Assembly: GCA_012295275.1 (NCBI GenBank)
Contig: CM022670.1
Location: forward strand, 13,206,001 to 13,270,000
Direction: 5' to 3'
Length of the DNA stretch: 64,000 nucleotides
DNA from: Chrysomallon squamiferum
Taxonomy: Eukaryota; Animalia; Mollusca
Shown: piece by piece, positions 11,937 to 25,170 of the stretch
Numbering within the stretch: the stretch's first letter is position 1
Layout of the letters: each line of letters begins with the position of its first letter
Made by a program: the position numbers and the translations under genes
The notes under the pieces: generated by a model
What the model was told of the DNA's origin: nothing
Database searches by the model: none
The model's input: the letters and a program-made list of their open reading frames with translations, nothing else

Positions 11937-12009
11937 GCCCGGCTAGCTCAGTCGGTAGAGCACGAGACTCTTAATCTCGGGGTCGTGGGTTCGAGCCCCA
12001 CGTTGGGCG
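11937..12009 (+). tRNA. tRNA-Lys(CTT), canonical acceptor stem (C4, G73)
   Basis: GCCCGGCTAGCTCAGTCGGTAGAGCACGAGACTCTTAATCTCGGGGTCGTGGGTTCGAGCCCCACGTTGGGCG followed by CAATTTTT. Confidence 0.97.
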
Positions 12010-12289
12010 CAATTTTTATTTCCGTTTCTATTTTGTTTGTAATTAATATATTATATATTTTCCAGAGCTGTTCTCTTTTGTTTTCCAGCCAGTGTACCAA
12101 AAAGATGGTATGTGTTGTCCCGTGTGTAAAAAAAGTATACATTAAAAGTTAATAAAAGGTATGTTGATATATTGTTATACTAAGACACGTCGCTGTGATC
12201 AAAAGCTTACTTCACAGAAAGTAAATATTATTTCATTATTTTATTATCTGAACACTTTTCACTCACTTTAATCAGCGTCTGTTTTATAT

Positions 12290-12656
12290 CCTGTGATACT
12301 TAATTGTGCGAACTGTGTTGTATAAATATAAATGTAGAATGTATTTTGGGTAATTCTGCGACAGACACGCCCGCTGACCTGTCAGAAAGCGTGCCCGTCG
12401 CAGACGTGCTTCACAACAGCTTGCTCTGATTAGCACGTTCATTTTTTTCCATTCCATTCCGTATTTTGGGTGTGTTTGTATATATTTTTTATACACACAC
12501 AGACAAACATACGTACATACACACGCACACACAGACAAACATACGTACATACACACGCACACACAGACGTACACACATGTACAATTTTTTTTTCCCCTCT
12601 CATTACCATCAGTGGATGAAGAGCTTTTGTTTCTGCTTTTTAATTTTTTCTCATTT

Positions 12657-12705
<49 letters not shown>

Positions 12706-12955
12706 TGGTGGATTTTGTTATACATTCATTTATTTTTAAAACCCGCTTCTGAGCATTTTCGTTTAATTGCATATTTCATAATTGTGTTAATGTTCGCACG
12801 TGTTTGGTTAATACTTCTAGAGCTCTTGACTGAAAATAACAACATAAAAAGCCCCCAAAACAAACCACTAATCGCTCCCACTTGTTGCTTTTCGGTTCCA
12901 GGAAAAATGTTTTCATCTACTACGTAAAAACATGCTTAATTTTTTAAGTCACAGG
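12290..12955. mobile_element. Possible degenerate non-autonomous DNA transposon
   Basis: The ends CCTGTGA(TA)CTTAA and TTAAGTCACAGG are inverted matches, and a related end-like sequence lies near 11649-11690. No TSD confirmed. Confidence 0.3.
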
Positions 12956-13979
12956 TGAGCACAACATTTTGACAATGGAGTCAAAAAATACACATCTTTG
13001 GAAATTCATCGTTATAAAATGTATCGATCCATTAATATAATTAGATTTTTTTTTTTTAATAATATGTATATATATTAATTTATATATATATATAGATAGA
13101 TAGATAGATAGATACAGATATAGATATAGATATAGATAACGATAGATATAGATACAGATATTAATTTATATATATATATATTTCATTTTAACACAAGTGA
13201 ATATATTTTTCAAGAGGATGTTAACACCCTTCGGTTTTCAAGCAGATCCGCTCCTGCGGATATAATTTGTAAAATATGTTAACTGTTTGGATGGATGTTG
13301 TAAATTGGTTATGACAGTTTTGTGTAAATTGTCTATATACGTCTGAATCCAGAATAGTTAGCGTGGAAGTAACATAACGTTTCTTAACGCTGGCAACTTG
13401 AGCAACAGAAAAGAGGTTAATTATATTTGGCATCGTGTTGAATGCTTATAACAGCAAAAAAGATTTAAGTTTTCCTTCCGAAATCTTTTATTTCGCGTTA
13501 ATTTTCACCTTTTTAGATTAACGGTGCAAGCAGTGCTCATAGATTTATTTTATGTAAGCTGTTGGGTATCAGACATCGAAAACGAGTTGCCAAATACATA
13601 GATTTCCTCTGTCGTCATTATATGTGCTTCTTAACTACAGTTCTGTCGGTGCGGTTAAATAAAACATTATTTTCCTCCATTCATCGCTTTCTGCCGAAGA
13701 CCGCACATACGCAACGACGGCTAGCGTTGTAAACAACAACGTCGTTTTCACTTAAACGTCCGACAAGTACGCTATCGATCAGCGTGCACAAACGTGTGAA
13801 GAAGACAGATATTTCGTTTTATAACACCGAGCTGTCACTTATAATTGAATGTATTAAATCGACTGCTGTGGAGAAAAGTAACATTAATGACACTCCATCT
13901 AACATTCAGAGAAACTCGGTCACAGTGCAGTCTAAAGTACTTTAGTTCAATTTTTTTTTTTTTTTTTTTTTTTTCTTCT

Positions 13980-14010
<31 letters not shown>

Positions 14011-14501
14011 GGGAGGTGTAGGTTAGTGGTTAGAATGCAAGCATGATCGTAATGTCTTGAGGTGTGTCTACGAAAACAGCGAATGTGGCTAGAACTGAAA
14101 TTGCATCCTTTACCGAACATTGGGCAGCCATCTTTTTGATACTTTTACCATAAAAGGAACTCCAGTGTGGCGCCCCCATCAATAAATCCCCGTCTAGCCA
14201 TTTGTGATATTTGCAAAACATTATTATATACATCAGTGAAAAGGTTCCAGAATTAATTCACCTCGGTACTCTCGAAGAGTTACTTCCCTTTTAAGTTAAA
14301 TTTTCGTTCTCTTAGAAGGTTGATATAAAAACAAGCAGCCACAAAATAATGTAATAACCGTAACTATTGTTCTCTCTTATGCTTGATCATTATACCAAAG
14401 CTACATATAATATATTGAAATAATAACAACAACAACAACATCATCAATAACAACAATAATAATATAAAATCAAATAAAACAGAAGTAAAACCTCAAAACG
14501 C

Positions 14502-14540
<39 letters not shown>

Positions 14541-15617
14541 TCTCTTAAACTATAAATAAGTTAATTAAGTGATATCTCGGAAAAGAATACTGATACTTTT
14601 ACTACAGTAATGATAGAAATATAACGTGAATGGTACCTTAGATTCAAATTCTTTTCGGTAAATTATACATTTCGCTGTTTAGTATTCGTTTACATTTCAC
14701 TTTCGTAAGGTCTTTGTTTACGTACACTGGCAGTCGCCATTGCTTCACGGAAACTGAAGTCGTCTGCTTTCATTGAAGTTATACTTAGTTATATTTTCGG
14801 TAATTTGTTTGAGTATATTCAACATTTAAATGTCATAAGGTCAAAAGAACTAACACAAACACAGCTATTTCCATCTATTTGAAAAAGGAAAAAAGTTGTG
14901 ATTTATAAATATATGAAGCCAGTTTAGCACAATTATCTTTGAATGAGATGTCAGAGGTCATTTCTGGCTTCAAGATGACAGGAAAGGTCGAGGTTTACAT
15001 CGTTACTACAAAATTAGGTACATCCAGTGGGGAGGTAACTCCGATACTTCCACTCCGTCCCAAACTGTTTATTTATTTATTTATTTATTCATTTTATGAT
15101 ATTATTGTTGTTGTTGTTGTTATTGTTGTTATTATTACATTGAAAATATATTATTTCTTTATAATAAACTCATTTTAAAAAGTGTTCCATAATGGAAGAG
15201 ACCCCTTTTGTTTTAATATACGAACTCCTCGGAGTGTTTTTATATAACTGAAATGTAAAAAGTAATGTCAGCAAAAAGACAGTTTGTTAATATTTTATAT
15301 ATGTGTGTGTGTTGCTAATCTGTCAGTGATGAAGATGAAGTCGATGGTCATAAATATTATTAAAATGTTCTAATGTAGCAGTTTGAAGGATTTATATTTA
15401 TTTTTTTTATTTTAGATAATTATCGTGCCAGTCAGGAAATGTCGGCTGCAGAAATAATTTCTTTTCGTGTGATCTTTTAACCGTAAAATTAAAAATCGTT
15501 TAAGTACTCGTATAGATCGCTTTCAGTTCTAGATTCAGGTTTTATTACTAAATTATTTTTCTCATTTTCATTCCGTGACATATTAGGCAGAAAGGCAAGG
15601 TTTTCTATTTTGTTTTT

Positions 15618-15698
<81 letters not shown>

Positions 15699-17117
15699 AA
15701 GCGTAAATTAAATGAAAAGAGCGTGTCGACTATGATAAATATTTGTTTCTGCTATTCGAAAAGTTTTCAAATGAAAATAATATCTTGGAAACAAAATTAA
15801 ACTTATCCCCGAGACCTGAAGTAGTGGTTTGCCAGTATTTTAATGGTTGTAACAAAATATATATTTAATTACAAATGGGAGTTGAATTCTCAAAAAACAA
15901 CAACAACAACAGCAACAACAAAAACAAACAAAAACAAACAAGTAGAAAACACCAGTAAACTACAGTAAATATCCAAGTATTATATTTCCAGCGTACTTAA
16001 TTGGAGGATTGGAAAGTCAGAAACCTGATATTTTTATCAAGATGAACTGGCCAATACATCTGATAAGATGCAAACCAGAGAGGGTACGTATAACACAAAG
16101 TGTGGGAGGTTGAAGAGCTCGGAATAAGATGAATTCAGTGTAAAACAGAAAAAGGGAGAGGGAGAAAGAAAGTTAACGAGAATATGCTTTAACAAATGAC
16201 GGCAATCGTAAACTGTTGTTAATTTATTTTCTCTTATCAGTAGATGACGTTGTGGTGCGTGAAAGAACCGGATCAAAGCTGAGCATTCGTTCATTTGAAG
16301 AAGTATGCTCCAGGGGTGTGTCGTTAAGTTAAAGATTAACGAGTATTTTCAAAGCTAATCATTCGTAATTAAAGATTAGTATTTGCATTTAAAGATTACC
16401 CTTCATAATTTACCAATTTACATTTTGAGTTAAATGGTTTTTGTTGAATACAAATAACTTTTATTCGTGGTACAGGCCAACACTTTTATTGTTATTATTA
16501 TTTTTTACTTTTTATTTTTATTTTTATTTTTACTTTTTGTCTCTGCAAATGACAAAATATTGCAGTAAATTAATCGTTCTCACACCTTAAATCTTCTCAG
16601 CTGATCTAAAGGAGAGGATTAGCTTTTTGCACACTTTATCCGTGTTCGTTGGACAATGTGCATGATCCCAAAAGTGACATCTACTTAGAATTTTTAAATA
16701 TTTTGTATATTTATCAAAAAGCCAAACATCTTTTAATTCCTTATAACTAAGAAGTAACTTATATATGATTTATATTTTTTGTTATAAGTTCGTTGTATCA
16801 TCAATATCTGACCTTTTGTGAGTAAAATAATTAAAATCTGTTTCAAGATTTCTGTTTCTGTTGTTTTCTTAACTCATGTTTTGTGTAAGTTACAGCAGAA
16901 TATAGAGTAGCTATTTTACCAACATGCTGTGCTATAATTTGGGTATAAGCAGCCGTCAGCTTTAATTATATATTCTTGGAGTGTTTACTGATGAGATTTA
17001 ATTTTGATGCATAATATAAAGACCAATATCTATAATAAGTAAATAAATAAATAAATAACATCACAATAAATTGTAATGAGTTTGTCTTTTTAACTTTTTT
17101 TACATTTATTACCGTTG

Positions 17118-17216
17118 AGAGCATCTGCTCAGTGTGTGGTGAGTCGTTCGATCGAACCCTCTTGGCCGACCTACTGAACTGTCTCACTAAGGCCATGGTA
17201 TGTACTGTCCTATGCA
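17118..17216 (+). mobile_element. Degenerate SINE-like fragment
   Basis: A B-box-like GTTCGATCGAACCC is followed by ...AAGGCCATGGTATGTACTGTCCT; a similar ...CCAAAAGATGGTATGTGTTGTCCC segment occurs near 12085-12125. Confidence 0.35.
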
Positions 17217-17344
17217 AACAAAAAATTACTTCTCGGTAATCATTATAAATAATAATAACAAACAGATTTTTAATAAATAATTACTTTATTTATTTTTTTA
17301 TTTTTTATTTTTTTAAGTTAGAAGATGTAGCATTTTTTAATTGT

Positions 17345-18947
17345 TTATTCGATATTCGACAAGTTCCATATCAACGCAATTATTATTACATAAAATGAAA
17401 AACTGTTATCATAACCGGCGCCACTGTCTTGCGCAAAAAATTTCCACGCATCGTTAAACCGCGTATTTCTGCTAAAGAAGTAAGTTCCTTCGTCTCCGCC
17501 AACCTTCACCATAATGTGCTGGTACACGCCTTCGGGATTTTTATCAAGAAAATTTAAGTAAATCCCATCTTTGAAGTCTGCCACCGTGGTGAGAGGACCC
17601 TCCAGTTCCAGAAACATTAACACCAAGTCCGGTCCCTGGTCTGCTAATCGCTTCAGTGTTCCTCGTATTCGAAGCCCGAGCTTACAGAAAAGATTATTTT
17701 TGTCCACAATGATGGTCATGTCGCCAATTACGAGGTTACCGTACACACCCTCGAGGCGTTTTGTTGGTATACTCAAGGAGATAAATGTTTTCTGTTCCCT
17801 TTCACTTTCCTCGGGCTTCGCCCATGGCTCGGGGAAGGTGCAGGCCGTGGTTCCGTTGAGCCAGGATGTGCCGTTGGCGAAGATGTCGGTCAGGTAGTAC
17901 ATGATGAGCGTCAGAGGATCGAAGACGTCTCCTGGTCCGTTGGTGCTCAAGAAGAAGCTGGTTTGAAGGCTCGGGACTATCCACAGCATCGACGAGTACG
18001 AGAAAAAGTCTCCACTGTGATAGAAGACCTTGCGCCCTGAAAATATCGAAACGAAATAGCTATCAGTGTAATCTGCTGTGAAGTAAGCCATCCACAACAC
18101 TGATGAGTATGAGGAAGTCCCCGCTATTGTAGAAGATCCAGAAGCCTGATGATATCGAAAAGAAAGCCTGTTTTGGGAAAACAGCATAGCAGACTATCTT
18201 GTCTTTGCAACACTTTGTGTGAAAAACGGTTGACAAACTTCTTACAGAATTTATATTTGGTCAACTGATCGGCTTCGTCATCATGATCATCCTTACCATT
18301 GTTATCATATTTATTTTAATTGTAATTGTATTGTTGTCGTTATTGTTCTTGTTACTGTTGCTGTTGTTCTTGTTGTTACATAGATATTCAGTTTTAGACA
18401 TTTGTTTTGTTGTAATCATGAAGGGAGATCAGAAACCTTCATTGACAGCAACATGGAATTATTTATCTATGCCTTCTTTCGGGCAGTAAAACATGTTTCA
18501 TGTCTTGAAAACATGTCCTGTTCGAAGGTAAATATATTTATTTTTTTAATTTTTATATTTTTAATTTTAATTTTTATTATTATTTTTAGTAATATTTAAA
18601 GTTTTATTGTATGGTATGATCACAGGTAATTTTATGTCTAAAAAGAGACATCTGTTATTTTGGGTTGATTAAGTGCAACATTTATTTGTTTTTTGTAGTT
18701 TTTTTTGTTCTTCTTCACATTGTATTTTATTTACTTAATATTTATTTATTTTATTGTGTTTATATGTTTATTTTATTTACTTAATATTTATTTATTTTAT
18801 TGTGTTTATTTGTTTGTTTGTTTGTTTATTTTATTTTATTTTATTTCTTATTTCTTTCTTTCTCAAGTACCAAATAAGCTTACATTAGGAGAGACGATAG
18901 GAAAAACATGAAAGAACGAATAATAGTATAAATTAAGAAAAATTAGT

Positions 18948-18981
<34 letters not shown>

Positions 18982-19044
18982 CATACATACATACATACAT
19001 ACATACATACATACATACAGATAGATATAGATAGATACAGATAA

Positions 19045-19135
<91 letters not shown>

Positions 19136-19534
19136 CTAGCAAATCATTTCGTAGACAGTCACCATTGTAATATCGCGTCATTAGCCCCATACAGTACGCC
19201 ACCTGGATGTCTTCTACTGGGAACTGCGGCAGACGCACGACTCGATAATCGCGGAATTCGCTGTTGAGAACTATCTGCTCTTGAAATATCTCACTGACTT
19301 CCGTCTCATAAAGCGACAGCAGGTTCATCATCAGTCCCAGCCATTTAGCCATATCTTTGGCATTTGAACAAATGCCTCCGACCGATTCCAAAGGATGCAG
19401 GCTTAAATTGAAAATAATATCAGCAAGAAAAAAACCCCAGCAAGATGAGCAATGAAAATACTGTGATAATTACAAAGAAAATGATGATACGAGAGAGGCA
19501 AAATATGCATCTGCTGTCTTTTATTTTTATTTTA

Positions 19535-19576
<42 letters not shown>

Positions 19577-20435
19577 TCACAGTCTGATATTGAAATGTGT
19601 GAGGTTATCATTAAAACAATGATCAATTTATTCGTTAAAAGTAATGAAAGAAGGTATTAGAGAGAAAAGAAAGAAAGATAAGGACAGAAAACAAAGAAGG
19701 AAAGATACTCATACAAATTAAATACTTCACCTGTATATGGAGAAATCCTGAACAAGAAACTTTGACAAGGTTGAATCATAAAAATGTGGTTTAGCAATGT
19801 TGGACATGTGGAAAAATTCTTTATTTATGATTTTCGTAGACGTCATGCCCGCTTTTTTCAACACTTTGTCTGTCATCAGTTTCTCCCACGTCTGTCCTGA
19901 CTTCTTCTCGGCGATGTAGCTGGCCAGACTGAAGATGGCGTTGTTGTAAGAAAATTTGCCGCGAAACGGTTTCGCAACAGGAATCAGTGTTAGTCGCCTA
20001 AAATAAATAATAAAAAGGCAAGTTTCACTAATTTATTTATTTATTTACTTTACTTTAAATGTTACTATTGCTGTTGTTGTCGATTTTGCCACTGTTACCT
20101 CCAGTTACTACCATTACTACTACTACTACTATTATTATTATCATTATTATTACTGTTATTATTTTTAATATTGTTATTATTACTACTACTACTATTGTTA
20201 TTACTACTACTACTATTATTATTATTATTATTACTACTACTATTATTATTGTTACTACTACTAATAATATTATTATTCTTATTACTATCATTATTATCAT
20301 TACTATTATCATTATTATTACTGTTATTATTTTTAATATTATTATTATTACTACTACTATTATTATTACTATCATTATTATCATTACTATTATCATTATT
20401 ATTACTGTTATTATTTTTAATATTATTATTATTAC

Positions 20436-20526
<91 letters not shown>

Positions 20527-21184
20527 GACACTTTTATTTAGACATACATATACCGTGCAAGCTACACGCTTGTACATTACACTACTTACTTCGCATACTC
20601 CTCTCGAGTGATATTTTCATATCCGGCGAAAATTCCAATGTCGGCCACATCTAGTCCAGTTCGATGCGAGAGCACATCTTTAAGAGTCGCTTCATGGTAC
20701 ACACCCAAGTCGCCGCCCAGAGCAAATTCCTCTCCCAGCAGATCTGTTATTTTTACGTCCCAGCTTTGAACAGCAACAGAAGTAATCATCAGTAAAGATT
20801 AACATTAATAAACATGATACTGTCAGTAATAACAATATGGTAATGTTAATATGAACAGTAACAGTAACAACGTTGTCAGTTTTGATAGTTAGTGAGAGTA
20901 ATATTAATAATGATGATATTATTATCCGTAATAAATGTAACAATATTAATATAGTTTTGATATAATAGTAAAAATAATAGTACGAATAATAATAATGATA
21001 ATGTTAATATCAGTAATAACAGAAACGACATTAATAGTTTTGATAATAGTAATTTCCAAAATATTTTACTGTCATAAACTAGACATCAGTAAGATGATAA
21101 TGTTCTGAACAATAATTAAATATTACTACTACTATGCAAGAATGACTTCACATTATATATATGTACGTATTTCTTTCTGTGTGT

Positions 21185-21271
<87 letters not shown>

Positions 21272-21639
21272 TGTGTTTAATAATAATAATTTTCTTACAA
21301 TGGTTTTCTTCTACTATTTTGAAAGACTTCCACCATAAGTAAGACTGTGAACATCTTGCTGACAGACCCTATATTGAACAAAGTGTCCTCGTTTACCTGT
21401 CGGCCTTTTGGAACATCGGCAAAACCATAACCTTTCGTGTACGTCTGACTGCCTCTTGTAATGGCCAGCGTAGCTCCAGCAATACCACGACACTTTATCA
21501 CTTCGTTTATAAAGCTGTCAGTTTGAGTTTTCTTTTCGCTGGTAATATCAGCTTGATCTGGCGATCCCTGAGACAGGGTTTGTCTTGGTTTGAAGACAAA
21601 GAAGACAGAGAGAAGAAAGACTATCTTCGCAACAGGCAT
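17345..21639 (-). CDS. Secreted/GPI-anchored serine beta-lactamase/PBP-like protein, paralog B (intact, ~570 aa)
   Basis: Exons 21639-21299, 20763-20590, 19997-19731, 19401-19163 and 18036-17345 total 1713 nt in frame. It has signal peptide MPVAKIVFLLSVFFVF, FNIGSVSK (SxxK), FSYNN, YHSG and a hydrophobic tail. An alternative in-frame ATG lies at 21657. Confidence 0.9.
20100..20526. repeat. Compound (ATT/ACT/ATC)n trinucleotide array within intron 2 of paralog B
   Basis: Directly visible; explains the poly-I/L/N ORFs at 20055-20611. Confidence 0.95.
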
Positions 21640-22103
21640 GCCGAATTTACTGAGCATTAAAATAGATTCTACCTTCACGGCGCTTTCTTCGGTAACAAAC
21701 ACGTAACAGCCGAAGGTATCGGAATATGCCAAGAAAAAGAAAACAAAAAAAAAAAGGTTAAAGCACTTTGCTCGATAATATGTTACTTGTCGGTAATACA
21801 AAATATGAACATATAATGACGCAGTTCAAAATTACGTCATCGATTCACAAACTTCTATTTCCAATAACAGAAACGTTCCTGTCTAGTTCTAGAGAAAACT
21901 GGCAGATTTCCCAGCCTCGTTCTAGACGCCGGTACAAATATTATGTAACACTGGTGTAATATAGGTTGGCAGTTTTAATTCCAAACACATTTGGTGAAAA
22001 CTGACAAATATTGTTATTATTATTATTATTATTTGCGGAGTTATAAACCCAGAGCAAGTATTACATTATTAGCAGTGTATTTAATATTGTAATTACCAAG
22101 TTC

Positions 22104-22148
<45 letters not shown>

Positions 22149-22827
22149 CCCTTGATTAATATGCATTAGACTGAAATGATTCTTTATTTATTTTGTTAAT
22201 TATTATTATTATTATGATTATTATTATTATTATTATTTTGTCTTTTTATGAAATATATATATATGTATGTACGTACCTACATATGAATTATTATTCACAG
22301 TATGAAGTAATTTCATTTTTATTTTTTTGTTATTTTCTTCTTTCATTACATATCCTGTCTGTGACAACGCTCACCATGTGTACGTTTCCTGGAATGTATG
22401 ATAATAACAAAAAAAGACAGAAAACGCTAAACATTTCAAAACTAACTCGGATGTTTATAATAACAAAAAGCAAAAATATTCTCGTCATCAAGTCCAATAT
22501 GCTACAAATGATAAACTGTCTTATTACTCACTCACTGACTGGTGCAGACTGAGCCCAGAACAGATTAGATAACAATTACGATGAAGGAAGAAATATTAAA
22601 TTTAACGACAGAAATGTTTAATCTACTATCGTTTTGTGTCATCACAGAATTATTAATGATTAATGATCGTGAGAAAAAAATCAGACTAATCTGTGAAACA
22701 GGGATGCATATTAGTATATATGTGTATGTATCTATTTATATATGTATGTATGGTGGCTGGTCACAAAATGTGTGGGTTTGTAGAGTACTGAATGTGGCAA
22801 CATAGTATGCATGGAGTAATTGTTAAG

Positions 22828-22982
22828 CTTATTGATTAGGCTAGATTAAAGAAAGGGGCTTCATATTGGGTCTAGCTTGGGTTTAGCTTACTGATTAAGA
22901 TAGATTTAAACTAAGGGCTTCCTATTGTGCTTGGGTCTAGCTTACTGATTAGGATAGATTTAAATTAAGGGCTTCCTATTGT
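22828..22982. repeat. ~55-60 bp tandem repeat, about 3 copies
   Basis: The unit GCTTACTGATTAGGATAGATTTAAA..AAGGGCTTCCTATTG is repeated directly upstream of the MULE-like remnant. Confidence 0.75.
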
Positions 22983-23056
22983 AAATGATTTATGAAATGT
23001 CCCAGGTTGAAATGTGTTTCACTATAAGTTCTCCAGCTCGCTGTGGTATCGGAAGT

Positions 23057-23297
23057 ATGTTTAATATTTAAGTTATTCATAGCAATAAGGGTGGTAACAA
23101 AATCTGTTATGAGGGGTTCATGTATACCAAACATGCAACTCGCAAAACAAAGTTGTGGTGGAAATGCGTCAAAAAAATCTAGTTGTAATTGTCGAGGTTC
23201 AGTGATAACAGACTTACAGAGAAAGGCTTGAGTACTGCAATTTGCAGAATTTCTTCGTGATATTGGGTGGAACATCCGCCTAAACCACCAACATTAA
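23057..23297 (+). mobile_element. Internally deleted MULE (Mutator-like) transposase remnant with FLYWCH-type zinc finger
   Basis: Manual translation gives MFNI*VIHSNKGGNKICYEGFMYTKHATRKTKLWWKCVKK, then a frameshift, then SSCNCRGSVITDLQ, followed almost directly by AEFLRDIGWNIRL, which resembles MULE transposase C-termini. Confidence 0.65.
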
Positions 23298-24357
23298 AAT
23301 CAAAGAACATGTGTTTCACCTATCTTTTATTTCTAATACATTTTTTAATTTTATTATGTGTATATCTATGTATGTATGTATGTATGTATGTATGTATGTA
23401 TGTATGTATGTATGTATGTATGTATGATTGTATATACGTGTATATATATATATATGTATGGATGGATGTGTGGATCAATATATGTACAGTCGTGTTTGAA
23501 TGTATGTATGTGTATATACGTGTGTATATATATATATGTCTGTTATGTATGGATGTGATGGATCAATATATGGATTTTGTATATGCGACACCGTCGGATG
23601 ATGGATCAATATATGTACAGTCGGCTGTTTGAATGGATGGATGTTTGTGTATATATTATTATGTTTGTATATATAAATATCTATGTAGGAAAATATATAT
23701 CTGTGTATGTTTGTACGTGCATATGTATAGTTAAAACGAGATTTATATAATTGTAGACAATCAACTCTGTGATTACTGTAATAAATTACTTAAAATTGCA
23801 ATGACCTTAAAGACTAACTTAAACAAACAGAACAGGGTTTTTAAACAAAAGTTTGACCGACACAATAATAAATACGCAGCTCAGTGCTGTGAAAACAACA
23901 AACAAAATCTTTGTATGCTCTGGTGTAACTTTCAAAACGTGGAGTTATAACATAAAGGTATAAGTTTTCCCATATAAAATAATTTAAAATATATAAAATA
24001 AAATATAAATAAATAAATATTAACAAAACAATTTCCAAAATAAAATATAAATAAACAGATATTAACAAAAAAATTTTTTTCCAAAATAAAAAAATATATA
24101 AAATAAAATATTAATAAATAAGTTTTAACAAAAATATTCCAAAATAAGATAGAAAATGTATAAAATAAAATAAATAAATATTAACAAAAGATTTAGCGAC
24201 ATTGGCAGCACCATTCTTTCTTTGAATGTCCTCATTCTATATAACTGAGTCATGTGAAGAAGAGAAACATTTCAACCAGCTTTTGGCAAAACTTCTAATG
24301 TGCACTTGATATATTATTTTATTATTGTTGTTGTTTTTGTTGTCATTATTATTATTA

Positions 24358-24480
<123 letters not shown>

Positions 24481-24779
24481 GCCTGTGAAAGGTACTTCTC
24501 ATGGTGAGTATGAGATTGGATATATTTTACTTTTCATCGAGACATGGAAATGTAAACATAAAATAAAAAAGTGAAATAGTTATCTTATACTGTTGTATAT
24601 CATTACGTCTTGTTAGAAAACGAAACATCAGAATCATGTTTTTATTTTACAACATTTTTATACTTTATTCGTTGCAAGAAAGAAAATAATAAATACACAA
24701 CATGTAAACATGTTTCAAATGTGGAACCAAGCTACACTTTAACTAACATTTTCAAAAACAGAAAGAAACTTCTATAATA

Positions 24780-25170
24780 TGAAATACTTTCTAAAATAAA
24801 ACAGAAAACACTATATATGCAGTTCTTTCCAAAATAGATAGAAAATTCTATTTATCTACCGACTTTCTAAAATAGCTAGAAAACTTTGAATATCAGCAGT
24901 ATTTTCTAAAATAGAGAGAAAACGCTATATATGCAGTACTGCCCAGATTAGAAAATTCTATATATATCTGCATTATTTTCTAAAAGAGAAAACTCTCTAA
25001 ATCTGCAGTATTTTCGAAAATAGGCAGAAAACTCTATATATATCTGCAGGTTTTTCTAAAATAAATTAAAAAAACTGTATTTGTATATGTGCAATAGTGT
25101 CCAAAACAGAAAACTATCTATCTGCAGTATTTGCTAAAATAGGTAGAAAACTCTGTTATCTGTATTACAG
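24780..25170. repeat. Degenerate ~38-bp minisatellite, about 10 copies
   Basis: Approximate consensus TTTTCTAAAATAGNNAGAAAACTCTATATATCTGCAGTA. Confidence 0.8.

Noticed and set aside
11919-12152. ORFs overlapping tRNA copy 5
   Set aside because: Chance translations of the tRNA sequence.
20055-20611. Long poly-I/L/N/T ORFs (similar ones at 6411, 6807, 12284, 24300, 32157, 33677, 59415)
   Set aside because: Translations of microsatellites, mostly intronic or intergenic.
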